64,000 nucleotides of DNA from Eubacteriales bacterium (GCA_045638685.1 JAZUBT010000037.1:34483-98482), one strand, 5' to 3'; shown: positions 27,936 to 37,651, counted from the first letter of the stretch. Numbers and translations are program-made. Notes: generated from the letters alone by a model not told the origin.

Positions 27936-28777
27936 TGGATACCCTGATATTTTACTTCAAAACCTACCCGACGGTCAGATATTCAACCCTCGTTTTAGCT
28001 CTCGTTTCGCTTTGCGCGGCTCTTCTTGGAGTAAGCCTTGTCCTTAAACGCTTTTCAATGATAGGCGACGGTCTTTCACACGTTGCGTTCGGAGCAACGG
28101 GGATAGCCACGGCGGCAAGCTTTACCCCTGTTTACGTCGCGCTTCCCTTCACCGTTGTCGCTGCGGTACTGCTTCTGCGCATACGCTCAAACACAAAAAT
28201 ACAGGGAGATGCGGCAATAGCTATGATTTCCGCAGGCTCGCTTGCCTTTGGATATATGATGCTTAATCTTTTTCCGTCTGCTTCGTCAAGCATAAGCGGA
28301 GACGCCTGTTCTACGCTTTTCGGCTCCGCAAGTATAATAGGAATAAAGAAATCCGACGTTATCCTCTGCACCGTTCTTGCGCTCGTCGTCTTATTCGTAT
28401 TTATCTTTTTCTACCACAAAATTTTCGCCGTAACCTTTGACGAAAGCTTTGCCTCTGCAACCGGAACCAAGGCGGAGATATACAACACGCTTATCGCGGT
28501 AATAACCGGAGTTGTTATTGTAATGGCGATGAATATGGTAGGGGCGCTGCTTATTTCGGCGCTTATCACCTTCCCGGCGCTCTCGGCAATGAGAGTATTT
28601 AAAACCTTTAAAAAGGTTGTTATCTGCTCCGCCTTGCTCGCCGTTACCTGCGCGCTTATCGGAACGGTAATCTGTATTTTGGCATCCACCCCCGTCGGTT
28701 CTACCATCGCGCTTACCAACATTGCCGCTTTCGGTATATTCTACGTTATAGGACTTGTAAAAACAGGAAAGGCGTAA
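27935..28777 (+). CDS. znuB: Zinc/metal ABC transporter permease
   Basis: The start overlaps the znuC stop (TAATG). The protein has 8-9 TM segments typical of the ABC-3 family. Confidence 0.92.
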   Translation: MDTLIFYFKTYPTVRYSTLVLALVSLCAALLGVSLVLKRFSMIGDGLSHVAFGATGIATAASFTPVYVALPFTVVAAVLLLRIRSNTKIQGDAAIAMISAGSLAFGYMMLNLFPSASSSISGDACSTLFGSASIIGIKKSDVILCTVLALVVLFVFIFFYHKIFAVTFDESFASATGTKAEIYNTLIAVITGVVIVMAMNMVGALLISALITFPALSAMRVFKTFKKVVICSALLAVTCALIGTVICILASTPVGSTIALTNIAAFGIFYVIGLVKTGKA

Positions 28778-28886
28778 AGCTACTGATAATTTAATTAAAC
28801 CGCTCATAAGCGTTGACGCTTGGCGGCACTGGCAGAGCCTCCCTTTTTATGAAGGCTCCATCAGTCGCCTTTAACTAAAAACATAC

Positions 28887-28935
28887 AGCACACTGAATTT
28901 CACCAAAAGCGAAATACAGTGTGCTTTTCTTTGTT
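28887..28935 (+). terminator. Possible terminator after znuB
   Basis: A 9 bp stem (agcacactg / cagtgtgct) encloses a 21 nt loop and is followed by tttctttg. Confidence 0.4.
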
Positions 28936-28961
28936 CGATAAGTATTTTAAGGGTACCGATT

Positions 28962-29498
28962 TTACGTGTAATACTGCGGCTTTCTCGTTACTCTCACAAG
29001 GTCATTCCAAAGCGCCCTATCTACGAAATCTCCGTCATCGCGTCCCGTCGCACGGCGAAAGAGATTTACCGAGGTCTGCGTTTCGCTGTCAAACCTTCCA
29101 CTCGGCTTTACGTAATACCTCTCATCGTCCAAAGCGACTGTGTTCAACAGAGCCTGAAGCACGAAAATATCGTCAAACTCGTCTCCGAGAGATATTCTTT
29201 TATCGCGAAAGCTATCGAAGTCGGGAGCGTATCCGAGCGTTTGCCCGTCTTTAATAAGTCTTGAATATGCCTCGAAAATGGCGTTAAAGGTGGCTAAATC
29301 GACCTCCCCCGTCGCCAAAAGACCGTTTTCACTTTGAAACTGCCTTACCGCCTCTCTCGTTTCACTGCCGTAAATACCGTCTATAAAAACCTCAGAGGGC
29401 GTTCCGTATTCCTTTGAAAGAGCTCGAAGCCATCTTTGAAGATTTCTTACGGGAGTTTCGGTATCCTCCAAAAAATGAAACCCGTTTTCACTGTTCAT
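28962..29498 (-). CDS. Peptidoglycan-binding (PG_binding_1) domain protein
   Basis: I place the start at 29498 (GGAGGTTGTTATG). The PGBD signature is LQRWLRALS...IDGIYGSETREAVRQFQSENGLLATGEVD. Confidence 0.8.
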   Translation of the reverse strand: MNSENGFHFLEDTETPVRNLQRWLRALSKEYGTPSEVFIDGIYGSETREAVRQFQSENGLLATGEVDLATFNAIFEAYSRLIKDGQTLGYAPDFDSFRDKRISLGDEFDDIFVLQALLNTVALDDERYYVKPSGRFDSETQTSVNLFRRATGRDDGDFVDRALWNDLVRVTRKPQYYT

Positions 29499-29619
29499 AA
29501 CAACCTCCATTCCGTTGCCGTGAGGCAACCGCACAAATATCAAACGAATTTTCTGCGTTTTGCTTTTGCAAAACAAAAGGTTCTTAACCTTTTAAGGAAA
29601 TTCAGGCGATTTTCCGTTA

Positions 29620-31026
29620 TCAGTCAAATGCATTGCCGGACGGGAACTGCCCTTCACTAACCACCCCTCCCTTTACCAAGTCGTCGTAAAGGTCGCCTAT
29701 CGCCTCCCACGTGCTAATTCCGACTATACCAGTTTCGGGGAGTGCAAAGGTTCTTTGGAATGCTCTTACCGCGTTTTCGGTTGCCGGACCGAACACTCCG
29801 TCAACCTCCACGGGCGGAATTTCGGGATAGGTTTCGGCAATAACATTCAGGTAGCCCTGCAAAAGTCTTACAAACTCGTTTGACTGACCGACGGTTAAAT
29901 CAAATCCGGGGAACGGTCTTGCCGTGCCGATAAACTGTGAATCGGGAAGCGAAAGAATTATACCTCTGTACGCGTCGTAAAGAGCGGAATACGTCTCCTC
30001 GTTTACCACTCCCGTAACGGGAATCCCGTACTCACGCTGAAACGCTGAAACGGCATCTCTCGTGGCGGGGCCGAATATTCCATCTATTGAAACCGACGGA
30101 ACGGCGTTGTTGTAGATAGCAATATAAGAGAGAAAATACTGCACTATACGCACCCCGTCCCCGCGACTTCCCTCGGAAAGCGTTTCGGGGAACTGTCTTG
30201 AAAGCTCCTCTACGGTAAGTCCCTCGGAATCAAGCTCGGAAAGACGTTTTACGCCGTTATAGATAAACTGTATCCTATACCACGTGGCAGGGCCTACTAT
30301 TCCGTCCTCTGTAAGATTAAAAATCTCCTGAAATTTTCTTACCGCGTCCTCGGTGCTCTCTGCAAAAACCCCGTTCACCGGATTAATTTTAGGTATCGCG
30401 GGGTAGTTTGCGGAAATTCTGTTAAGCCGCACCTGTACCGACTGAACGTCGTTTCCCGTGCTGCCGAGACGAAGCGCTCTCGACGGCACGCTCGCCGTTA
30501 TCGCCTCGACGGGAACACCGCTTACTATACCAACGTCATTACCGTAGTAGTTCTGCAAAATTTGAAGTGGGGTAAGACCGTTATTTGCTAAGGTTACCGT
30601 TCCCCACTGTGAAAGTCCGGGGCAGGTGCTTGTAGTTCCGTTACAGTACTGGGTAAAAAGTGGCTCAACGCTCCCCTCTCTCACAACGTAGCTGTTAAAA
30701 ATTTCATCAACTATTTGACTGACATTTTCAAAAACGTCTCTGTCGGGAACAAAAAACTGGTCGGTTGCCGTTGAGTTGGTTATATCAAAATCAAATCCTC
30801 TCGAACGGTAAAACTCGGTAAAAATTCTGTTAAGCGCAAAGGAAATCTGGGCATACACGTTTGCCCTTATCGCGCTTTCGGGCCATGTCGGATAAATTTC
30901 ACTTGAAGCAACGTTTTTAATGTAATCGGGAAAGCTTACCGTTACGTTAGGTGCAGGAGAGTCGGGCGCTCCGAGATGCACCGTAACCGTCTCGGGTATA
31001 ACAGGTCTTATTACGCTATTATTCAT
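29620..31026 (-). CDS. Protein with an N-terminal SpoIID/LytB-like region and three PG_binding_1 repeats
   Basis: Three PGBD repeats are visible (VQVRLNRIS...VNGVFAESTEDAVRKFQ; IVQYFLSYIA...IDGIFGPATRDAVSAFQ; LLQGYLNVIA...VDGVFGPATENAVRAFQ). The N-terminal segment YIKNVASSEIYPTWPESAIRANVYAQISFALNRI is SpoIID-like, but the match is weak. Confidence 0.8.
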   Translation of the reverse strand: MNNSVIRPVIPETVTVHLGAPDSPAPNVTVSFPDYIKNVASSEIYPTWPESAIRANVYAQISFALNRIFTEFYRSRGFDFDITNSTATDQFFVPDRDVFENVSQIVDEIFNSYVVREGSVEPLFTQYCNGTTSTCPGLSQWGTVTLANNGLTPLQILQNYYGNDVGIVSGVPVEAITASVPSRALRLGSTGNDVQSVQVRLNRISANYPAIPKINPVNGVFAESTEDAVRKFQEIFNLTEDGIVGPATWYRIQFIYNGVKRLSELDSEGLTVEELSRQFPETLSEGSRGDGVRIVQYFLSYIAIYNNAVPSVSIDGIFGPATRDAVSAFQREYGIPVTGVVNEETYSALYDAYRGIILSLPDSQFIGTARPFPGFDLTVGQSNEFVRLLQGYLNVIAETYPEIPPVEVDGVFGPATENAVRAFQRTFALPETGIVGISTWEAIGDLYDDLVKGGVVSEGQFPSGNAFD

Positions 31027-31046
31027 TTACTCCTCTCCTTCCTGCA

Positions 31047-31433
31047 TCAAAGATTCGGCGGGAGACTTTCGGTGTACGTTATCGAGTCGCCCGTAAATTT
31101 CGATGAACCCTCGGAAAGCGGTATCAGCTCAACGGTCTGTATCGAGGTAATACCGGGGTAAACGGGAACATCTACGTTTCTTACGCTGATATACCCCTCC
31201 TTGTCGGTATCAATATTGTAGTTAAAAAAGGGCGGCGATGCAGCGCCGGGGCTTTCCGAGTTTGCGCGTGGGGGAGCGAGGACCTTAAGTCGCGGAGTTT
31301 TTCCGTCGCGATCGGTAAAAAAGACGGCAAGAATTGCTCCGCCGCTATCCTTAACCGTAACGACTGCGTTTTCCACCGGCAGCGCCCCACCGGCAGTTCT
31401 GACGTTAACGGTTATATATCCGTTTTCTTCCAT
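31047..31433 (-). CDS. Small carboxypeptidase-regulatory-like (beta-sandwich) domain protein
   Basis: The sequence YITVNVRTAGGALPVENAVVTVKDSGG...FTDRDGKTPRLKV is typical of CarboxypepD_reg-like folds. I chose the ATG at 31433, preceded by AAAGGA. An alternative start is at 31457. Confidence 0.7.
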   Translation of the reverse strand: MEENGYITVNVRTAGGALPVENAVVTVKDSGGAILAVFFTDRDGKTPRLKVLAPPRANSESPGAASPPFFNYNIDTDKEGYISVRNVDVPVYPGITSIQTVELIPLSEGSSKFTGDSITYTESLPPNL

Positions 31434-31628
31434 ATTGGTATCCTTTCCGCTGTGCATAGACAGTCTTGCAAAATTTTAAGCGAAATTTCCGCATTTTGCC
31501 GCATAAGGCTTAAACGGATTTTCTGTATTTCGGCTTTAGTTAAAGTATATTCGAAAATCAAAAACTCGTTACTTACCCGAAAAACACGGCATATATTTTT
31601 AATTTTTTTTAAAATTTATCAAAAAGCC

Positions 31629-31657
31629 TTGAAAAAAACAATTTGTTTTGATATAAT
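31629..31657 (+). promoter_or_regulatory. Sigma-A type promoter for SRP RNA
   Basis: TTGAAA and TATAAT are separated by a 17 nt spacer, about 25 nt upstream of the RNA 5' end. Confidence 0.6.
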
Positions 31658-31680
31658 ATAGGAGAGACAAGATATAAAAT

Positions 31681-31956
31681 AAGATCATACCGGCCGGGGA
31701 GCTAGCGGTATCCTGTAACCTGCAATCCGCTACAGCAGGGGTGGTTTCCAATCCGAGGGCTGACGATGTATGGTCTGCGCCGTGTGTAATCGTGTTGACG
31801 AACGGGTCTTGTGCAATCAACGACCGTGAACCATGTCAGGCGGGCGCACCGAGCAGCATTAAGTGGTAGAGTTGATGTGCCACAAGGGTGCCTGTTCCGA
31901 GCGAGAGCCGCGGTTAACGCATATACCGTTTTGTTCAGAGTGCGGTGTATGATCTT
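31681..31956 (+). ncRNA. ffs: Signal recognition particle RNA, long Bacillus-type form with an Alu domain
   Basis: GGGGAGCUAGCGGUAUCCUGUAACCUGCAAUCCGCUACAGCAGGG closely matches the B. subtilis scRNA 5' domain. The domain IV core GUGAACCAUGUCAGG...GAGCAGCAUUAAGUG is present. The termini pair (AAGAUCAUACCG / CGGUGUAUGAUCUU). The gene lies immediately upstream of dnaX, as in Bacillus. Confidence 0.92.
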
Positions 31957-32014
31957 ATTTTGTACCTTGTCTTTTTTTGCGGAGTTAATTATTTTTCCGT
32001 CTTAAAGGGCGTCG

Positions 32015-32180
32015 CTTTTGGCTTACAAAAAGTTTATTTCAAGCCTAAAAATATTCTCTCGCTTTACAAAAGCACAGTTCTTAGCCGTAAAACGCTTTTC
32101 TCGTTTTAAAAAAGCATAATTCTTCAACATCAACACGTTTTTTCGCTTTACAAAAGCATATTTTTTCAGAAAAACAGAAA
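32015..32180. repeat. About 42 bp tandem repeat, about 4 copies, between SRP RNA and dnaX
   Basis: Copies start at about 32021, 32061, 32103 and 32145. The core is T(C/T)TCGCTTTACAAAAGCA. Confidence 0.75.
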
Positions 32181-32190
32181 GGAAAACACT

Positions 32191-33810
32191 ATGCATCAGG
32201 CGCTTTACCGCAAATGGAGGCCGAAAACCTTTGATGACGTATATGGCCAGGAGCATATTACCTCGGTGCTTCGTTACGAGGTACAGAATAACCGTTACAG
32301 CCACGCGTATCTTTTCTGCGGCTCTCGCGGAACGGGTAAAACCACCTGCGCAAAGCTGCTTGCCAAGGCGGTAAACTGTCTTTCTCCGATAAACGGAAAC
32401 CCGTGCGGAGTATGTGATGCCTGTAAGGCTGTCGAAAACGAGACCACCTCTGACGTCGTGGAAATGGACGCAGCCTCCAACACCGGAGTTGACTACATCA
32501 GAGACATAAGGGACTCGGTTATGTACGCGCCTTCTATGCTCAAAAACAGGGTATATATTATCGACGAGGTTCACATGCTTTCGCCGAGCGCGTTCAACGC
32601 TCTCCTCAAAACTCTTGAGGAGCCTCCGTCCGGAGTAATCTTTATTCTCGCGACAACCGAGCAGCAAAAAATACCTACGACCATCCTTTCAAGATGTCAG
32701 AAGTTTGAGTTCCGCAGAATACTCTCCGACGTCATAGCAGACAGACTGATGTTCATTTCCGAGCAGGAAAGCATCAGGATAACGCGCGACGCGGCAAAGC
32801 TTATCGCGAAAATGGCGCAGGGCGGAATGAGAGACGCTATAAGCCTACTTGAGCTTTCAGCCGGCGAGGGCAAGGAAATAACTGCCGCATCCGTCAAGGC
32901 GCTTACCGGTTCAGCGGGGCGTGAGCAATCAATGGAGATTGCCGACGCCGTTTTAAACAAGGACGCCGACAGACTGTTTAAGGTAGTGGCCGAAATAGTC
33001 TCCGCGTCAAAGGAGCTTACCGTCTTTTGGCAGGAGCTTATAGATTTTTACCGCGACCTTCTGGTTTTTAAAACAACGAAATCACCGGAAAAATACCTCG
33101 ACCTCACACCCGACGAGGAGGAGGTAATGCGGGACATATCCTCACGGTACAGTCTTCCGCAGCTTCTCCGCCACTGCTCACTGCTTGAAGAAACCTTTAT
33201 CGGTATGCAAAGAGCGGGCGCAACAAAGCGCTTAAACGCGGAAATCACGTTACTTAAAATGAGAGATGAGAGACTTGACACCTATCCCGAAGGCTTAAGC
33301 GCAAGAGTTTCCTCTCTCGAAGAAAAGCTCGCCGGCATCTTAGCGGGCAACACCTCGGTCATCGCTAATACCGGCACCGCGCCCTCTCCATCTGATAAAG
33401 AGGGAGGCGCATCGAGGCCTATCCAAAAGACCGAGGAGGTAATGTTTAAAAAATCAGTAGCTCCCGAAAAGCTTCCCGAAATAAAATCAAGCCCGAAGGA
33501 AAACGGAAACGTAAGACAGGGCTTAAAGCCCGTATCGTGGTGGATAGAGGCGGTAAAAAAGATAGGCGAAAGGGATCCCTCTATGGCTCCTTTTATGAAA
33601 TCCTCAAGAGCCTACGAAAACGGAGACAAAATTTTAATTCGAGTAGAGGGCAGTATCGCTATGCTTATGCTGAACACCGCGGACATGAGGGGTGCTTTGG
33701 CGGCGCTCACTCCGACTATTGCAGACAAAGCCTACTCTCCCGCGCAGTTTGAGTTTACCGAGGTTACTCCCGAGGCAAGACTCTCTCCGCTGGACGAGCT
33801 TGACAGCTAA
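32191..33810 (+). CDS. dnaX: DNA polymerase III subunits gamma/tau
   Basis: The N-terminus is conserved (YRKWRPKTFDDVYGQEH). It has Walker A (GSRGTGKTT), a zinc module (CGVCDAC) and the motif IIDEVHMLS. Confidence 0.95.
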   Translation: MHQALYRKWRPKTFDDVYGQEHITSVLRYEVQNNRYSHAYLFCGSRGTGKTTCAKLLAKAVNCLSPINGNPCGVCDACKAVENETTSDVVEMDAASNTGVDYIRDIRDSVMYAPSMLKNRVYIIDEVHMLSPSAFNALLKTLEEPPSGVIFILATTEQQKIPTTILSRCQKFEFRRILSDVIADRLMFISEQESIRITRDAAKLIAKMAQGGMRDAISLLELSAGEGKEITAASVKALTGSAGREQSMEIADAVLNKDADRLFKVVAEIVSASKELTVFWQELIDFYRDLLVFKTTKSPEKYLDLTPDEEEVMRDISSRYSLPQLLRHCSLLEETFIGMQRAGATKRLNAEITLLKMRDERLDTYPEGLSARVSSLEEKLAGILAGNTSVIANTGTAPSPSDKEGGASRPIQKTEEVMFKKSVAPEKLPEIKSSPKENGNVRQGLKPVSWWIEAVKKIGERDPSMAPFMKSSRAYENGDKILIRVEGSIAMLMLNTADMRGALAALTPTIADKAYSPAQFEFTEVTPEARLSPLDELDS

Positions 33811-33916
33811 AAACTCCGACAGCGAATTTGACTTGATACCAAGACAAAAAGCTTAACCGTTATAAACAGAAAATTAAATTTAAAATCATATTTCACAGTA
33901 AAGCGAGGTTTACGTT

Positions 33917-34282
33917 ATGAAAGCAAGAATACCGAGAGAATTTTCCGCAGGCCCCTCCAATATGCAGGGAATGTTAAAGCAGGCTCAGAAGATGCAGGAG
34001 CAGATGGCAGAGGCTCAGGCAGAGCTTGAAGCCAAGGAATACGAAATAAAAGCGGGTGGCGGAGCCGTTACCGTTAAAATAAGCGGTAAAAAGGAGATTC
34101 TTTCTCTTGACATACAGCCCGAAATCGTCGATCCCGACGACATTGAAACCCTCTCAGATATAATCATCGCGGGAGTAAACGAGGCGATAAAAACCGTTGA
34201 AAACGATGCAAACGCCGAAATGTCAAAAATCACCGGCGGCTTAGGAGGTCTCGGCGGCGGAATGATGCCGGGATTATTCTGA
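33917..34282 (+). CDS. ybaB: YbaB/EbfC family nucleoid-associated protein
   Basis: The motif MLKQAQKMQEQMAEAQAEL is present, and the gene lies between dnaX and recR as expected. Confidence 0.92.
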   Translation: MKARIPREFSAGPSNMQGMLKQAQKMQEQMAEAQAELEAKEYEIKAGGGAVTVKISGKKEILSLDIQPEIVDPDDIETLSDIIIAGVNEAIKTVENDANAEMSKITGGLGGLGGGMMPGLF

Positions 34283-34285
34283 TAA

Positions 34286-34885
34286 ATGAACGAGTTTATT
34301 CTTCCCCTTGAAAAAATGGTTGAGGCTTTTCGCCGTCTCCCCGGAGTCGGTAGAAAAAGCGCTGAGCGTATGGCGTTCGGCATACTTGGAATGTCCGACA
34401 CCGAAACGAGTGATTTTCTTTCCGCTATAAGCGAAGGGAAAGCAAACATACGCCCCTGTGCCTGTTGCGGAAACATATCGGCCTCCGAGCTTTGTCCTAT
34501 ATGCGAGGACGACTCGAGAGACAAAAAGATAATCTGCGTTGTAGAGGACTCAAAGGCGGTTCTGACCTTTGAGAAAATCAAGGAGTTTCGCGGTGTTTAT
34601 CACGTGCTCGGCGGAGTTATCAACCCCCGTGCCGGCGTAGGCCCCGATGATATAAACCTCTCCACTATAATCGACCGCATACGCGAAAACGGAGCGGAGG
34701 AGGTTATGATTTCCACCAACGCCACCGTTGAGGGAGAGGCTACCGCTATGTATATCAGCAGGATAATAAAGCCCACGGGTGTTAAAATAACCCGTCTTGC
34801 ATACGGTATTCCCGTCGGCGCCGACCTTGAATACGCGGACAAGCTCACGCTTCTCAGAGCAATCGAGGGGCGACGGGAGTTTTAA
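34286..34885 (+). CDS. recR: Recombination protein RecR
   Basis: It has the HhH motif LPGVGRKSAERMAF, the Cys4 zinc finger CACCGN...CPIC and a Toprim domain. Confidence 0.96.
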   Translation: MNEFILPLEKMVEAFRRLPGVGRKSAERMAFGILGMSDTETSDFLSAISEGKANIRPCACCGNISASELCPICEDDSRDKKIICVVEDSKAVLTFEKIKEFRGVYHVLGGVINPRAGVGPDDINLSTIIDRIRENGAEEVMISTNATVEGEATAMYISRIIKPTGVKITRLAYGIPVGADLEYADKLTLLRAIEGRREF

Positions 34886-34990
34886 CACTGACAATAATTC
34901 CCGACCGCACGGCAAGGGTACGCTGCTTACAACAGCCAAGGAAGGTGTTATCAGCACCAAACATAAGGCAACTGAAAAAGGACGACAAAA

Positions 34991-37378
34991 ATGCAAAACG
35001 AGAGATTTACAGCCGTAAAAAGAACGCTTTTCGATCGGCTGTTCGATAACCTGAATGAAAAACAGAGAGAGGCGGTTTTTTCGGTAAAGGGGCCTCTTTT
35101 GATACTTGCGGGGGCGGGTAGCGGCAAGACAACGGTTCTTGTAAACCGTATCGGCTATATGATAAGATACGGAAACGCTTACGCCTCCGACTACGTACCG
35201 GAAAACATAACGGAATCGGAAATTTCGGGGCTTGAAAACGTACTCAGTCATCCGGAAATTCCGAAGGAGCAGCTTGAAGCTCTGCTTGACAGATACGCGG
35301 TAAACAAGGTAAAGCCGTGGAATATCTTAAGCATCACCTTTACAAACAAGGCGGCAAACGAAATGAAAACCCGACTTGAAAAGAAGGTGGGCGAGGAAGC
35401 CTCTAAAATATGGGCAGGAACGTTTCACTCCATCTGCGTCCGTATTTTAAGAATGTACGGAGAGCGGGTAGGGTATGCCGAGGGATTTACCATCTACGAC
35501 ACCGACGACCAGAAAAAGGTTATGCTTTCGGTTATTAAGGACACGAATACCGATGACAAGATGTTTAGCCCGAAGGCAGTAATGAGCTACGTAAGCTCGG
35601 CAAAGGATAAGCTCATGAGCGCCGAAGACTGCGCAAGAGAAGCCGCTGATTTCAGAGAAAGCAAGATGGCTGAGCTTTACAGAGAGTACCAGAAGCGCCT
35701 CAGAACGTCTAACGCCCTTGACTTTGACGATATAATCATGCAGACGGTTCTGCTTTTACAAAAGGACGGGGAGGCTCTCGATTACTGCCAAAACCGTTTT
35801 AAATACGTCTGCGTTGACGAGTATCAGGACACCAACCACGCGCAGTTCGTTCTCACCTCCCTTATTTCGGAAAAGCACGGAAATTTAATGGTTGTCGGAG
35901 ACGACGACCAAAGCATATACCGTTTCAGAGGAGCGGATATTGAAAATATACTTAATTTCGACCGAGAAATGAGCGACGCTAAGGTAATAAAGCTTGAGCA
36001 GAACTACCGTTCCACCAAAGCTATACTCGATGCAGCCAACTCTATAATAGCAAACAACAAAAACCGCCACGGAAAAAGCCTTTGGACAAAGAAGGACGGC
36101 GGCTCTCCCGTCTCGCTTCGGCGACTTGAAACGCAGAACGACGAGGCTAAATATATCGTTGACAAGGTGCTTGAGCTTCGCAAGGAAGGTCGCAGTCTTA
36201 ACGATTTTGCGGTTTTATACAGACTTAACGCGCTTTCAAACAACATTGAAAGCTTACTTGCCAGAAGCGGCATTCCCTACCGTGTTCTCGGAGGGCTTCG
36301 CTTCTACGAAAGAAAGGAAATCAAGGATATTCTTGCCTACCTTTGCGTTATAAACAACCCCGCGGACAACGTAAGACTTCAGAGAATTATAAACGAGCCG
36401 AAACGTAAAATAGGCGCGTCAACAATAGCAGCCGTATCGGAGCTTGCGGGAATTTACAACGAATCCATGTTCAGCATAATGCAGAACGTACACCTATACC
36501 CAGCGCTTTCCAAGTCAGCGCCAAAGCTTTCCGAGTTCGCCTCTCTCATTATGGGGCTTCGCGATATAGCGAAATCCGAGCCGCTTGATGTGCTTATCGA
36601 CAAGGTTCTTGACCTTACCGGATACCGCGCCATGCTTAAAGAGGCTTCCGAGGAGGAGGGTGAGACGAGGCTCGAAAACGTCAGCGAGCTTATATCAAAC
36701 GCCGTTGAGTTTATGGCAACCAGAGAGGACACCTCACTTAACGCATTCCTTGAGGAGGTTGCGCTGGTCGCGGATATTGATAACTACGACCCCGATGCCG
36801 AGGCGGTCGTCCTTATGACCGTACATAGCGCAAAGGGGCTTGAATTTCCCGTTGTATTCCTGCCCGCGCTCGAGGAAGGAATCTTCCCCTCTCAGCAGTC
36901 GTTCTTAAACGACTTTGAGCTTGAGGAGGAAAGACGTCTCGCATACGTCGCGGTAACACGCGCAAAGGAACGCCTTTTCCTTACACACACCCACGAAAGA
37001 TTGCTTTACGGTAAAACTCAGTACAATAGGCCTTCGCGCTTCCTTTCGGAGATTCCAAAGGAGCTGCTTGACCTTGAGCCCGCCGCGGTTCCGAAGAAAA
37101 AGCCGCTGCTGGAGTCCGTTTTCCGTCCGGAAAAGAAAAAGCCTAACGTTTCGGAAGAGATGTACAAAAAGACGTCGCTTTACAAAAACACGGCAAAGCA
37201 GCAGGGCGCGTCGGAGCGCTTTGCCCCCGGAGACGCGGTTACACACGCGGTATTCGGAAGCGGTATGGTAATTTCGGCAAAGCCGGTAGGCCCCGATATG
37301 CTTTACGAAATTGCATTTGACAACGCGGGAACCAAGAAAATGATGGGAACATACGCTAAAATAAAGCGTCTAAAATAA
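34991..37378 (+). CDS. pcrA: ATP-dependent DNA helicase PcrA (UvrD family)
   Basis: SF1 helicase motifs are present: AGAGSGKTT, TFTNKAANEM, VDEYQDTN, NYRS and VHSAKGLEF. Confidence 0.95.
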   Translation: MQNERFTAVKRTLFDRLFDNLNEKQREAVFSVKGPLLILAGAGSGKTTVLVNRIGYMIRYGNAYASDYVPENITESEISGLENVLSHPEIPKEQLEALLDRYAVNKVKPWNILSITFTNKAANEMKTRLEKKVGEEASKIWAGTFHSICVRILRMYGERVGYAEGFTIYDTDDQKKVMLSVIKDTNTDDKMFSPKAVMSYVSSAKDKLMSAEDCAREAADFRESKMAELYREYQKRLRTSNALDFDDIIMQTVLLLQKDGEALDYCQNRFKYVCVDEYQDTNHAQFVLTSLISEKHGNLMVVGDDDQSIYRFRGADIENILNFDREMSDAKVIKLEQNYRSTKAILDAANSIIANNKNRHGKSLWTKKDGGSPVSLRRLETQNDEAKYIVDKVLELRKEGRSLNDFAVLYRLNALSNNIESLLARSGIPYRVLGGLRFYERKEIKDILAYLCVINNPADNVRLQRIINEPKRKIGASTIAAVSELAGIYNESMFSIMQNVHLYPALSKSAPKLSEFASLIMGLRDIAKSEPLDVLIDKVLDLTGYRAMLKEASEEEGETRLENVSELISNAVEFMATREDTSLNAFLEEVALVADIDNYDPDAEAVVLMTVHSAKGLEFPVVFLPALEEGIFPSQQSFLNDFELEEERRLAYVAVTRAKERLFLTHTHERLLYGKTQYNRPSRFLSEIPKELLDLEPAAVPKKKPLLESVFRPEKKKPNVSEEMYKKTSLYKNTAKQQGASERFAPGDAVTHAVFGSGMVISAKPVGPDMLYEIAFDNAGTKKMMGTYAKIKRLK

Positions 37379-37498
37379 AAAACTCATTTATTTTTGTTTT
37401 CTACTTGACAAACAGAAAAAATAGTGCTATTATGTTTATAATTTAAAGGATACGGTAACGCTACGCGCTCCGCAAGGCATAGAAAAACAACGGATAGC

Positions 37499-37612
37499 GC
37501 ATTTGCAAGGCGAAACACGGATAACTCTTATAACTTTCGCTTTACGAAAACGAAATACGGAAAAGCCTATTTACTTTCGCTTTACGAAAACGAAACACGG
37601 AAAGCTCCGTTA
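37499..37612. repeat. 40 bp tandem repeat, about 3 copies, in the leader of the oxidoreductase gene
   Basis: The unit actttcgctttacgaaaacgaaa(t/c)acggaaa... starts at 37499, 37539 and 37579. It shares the core TTTCGCTTTACRAAA with the array at 32015-32180. Confidence 0.8.
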
Positions 37613-37651
37613 ACACCGATTTACCGATTTTACATTTGGAGGCAAAAAATT

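Noticed and set aside
32023-32667. 214 aa minus-strand ORF
   Set aside because: It is antisense to the highly conserved 5' part of dnaX and extends through the intergenic repeat array. Its translation is low complexity, with no RBS and no family features.
32191-33810. Programmed -1 frameshift site in dnaX (E. coli-type A AAA AAG)
   Set aside because: Only simple A-runs are present (gcaaaaaatacc, tttaaaaaatc). There is no slippery heptamer with a downstream stem-loop, and frameshifting is not established for Firmicutes dnaX.
34550-35251. 233 aa minus-strand ORF spanning the recR-pcrA junction
   Set aside because: It is antisense to two well-supported conserved genes. It shows no recognisable motifs and is a typical shadow ORF.
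17903-37612. Possibility that the short-period repeat arrays are CRISPR arrays
   Set aside because: The repeat units are directly contiguous, with no unique spacers between them. They are imperfect, there are only 3-4 copies per array, and no cas genes are present in the window.
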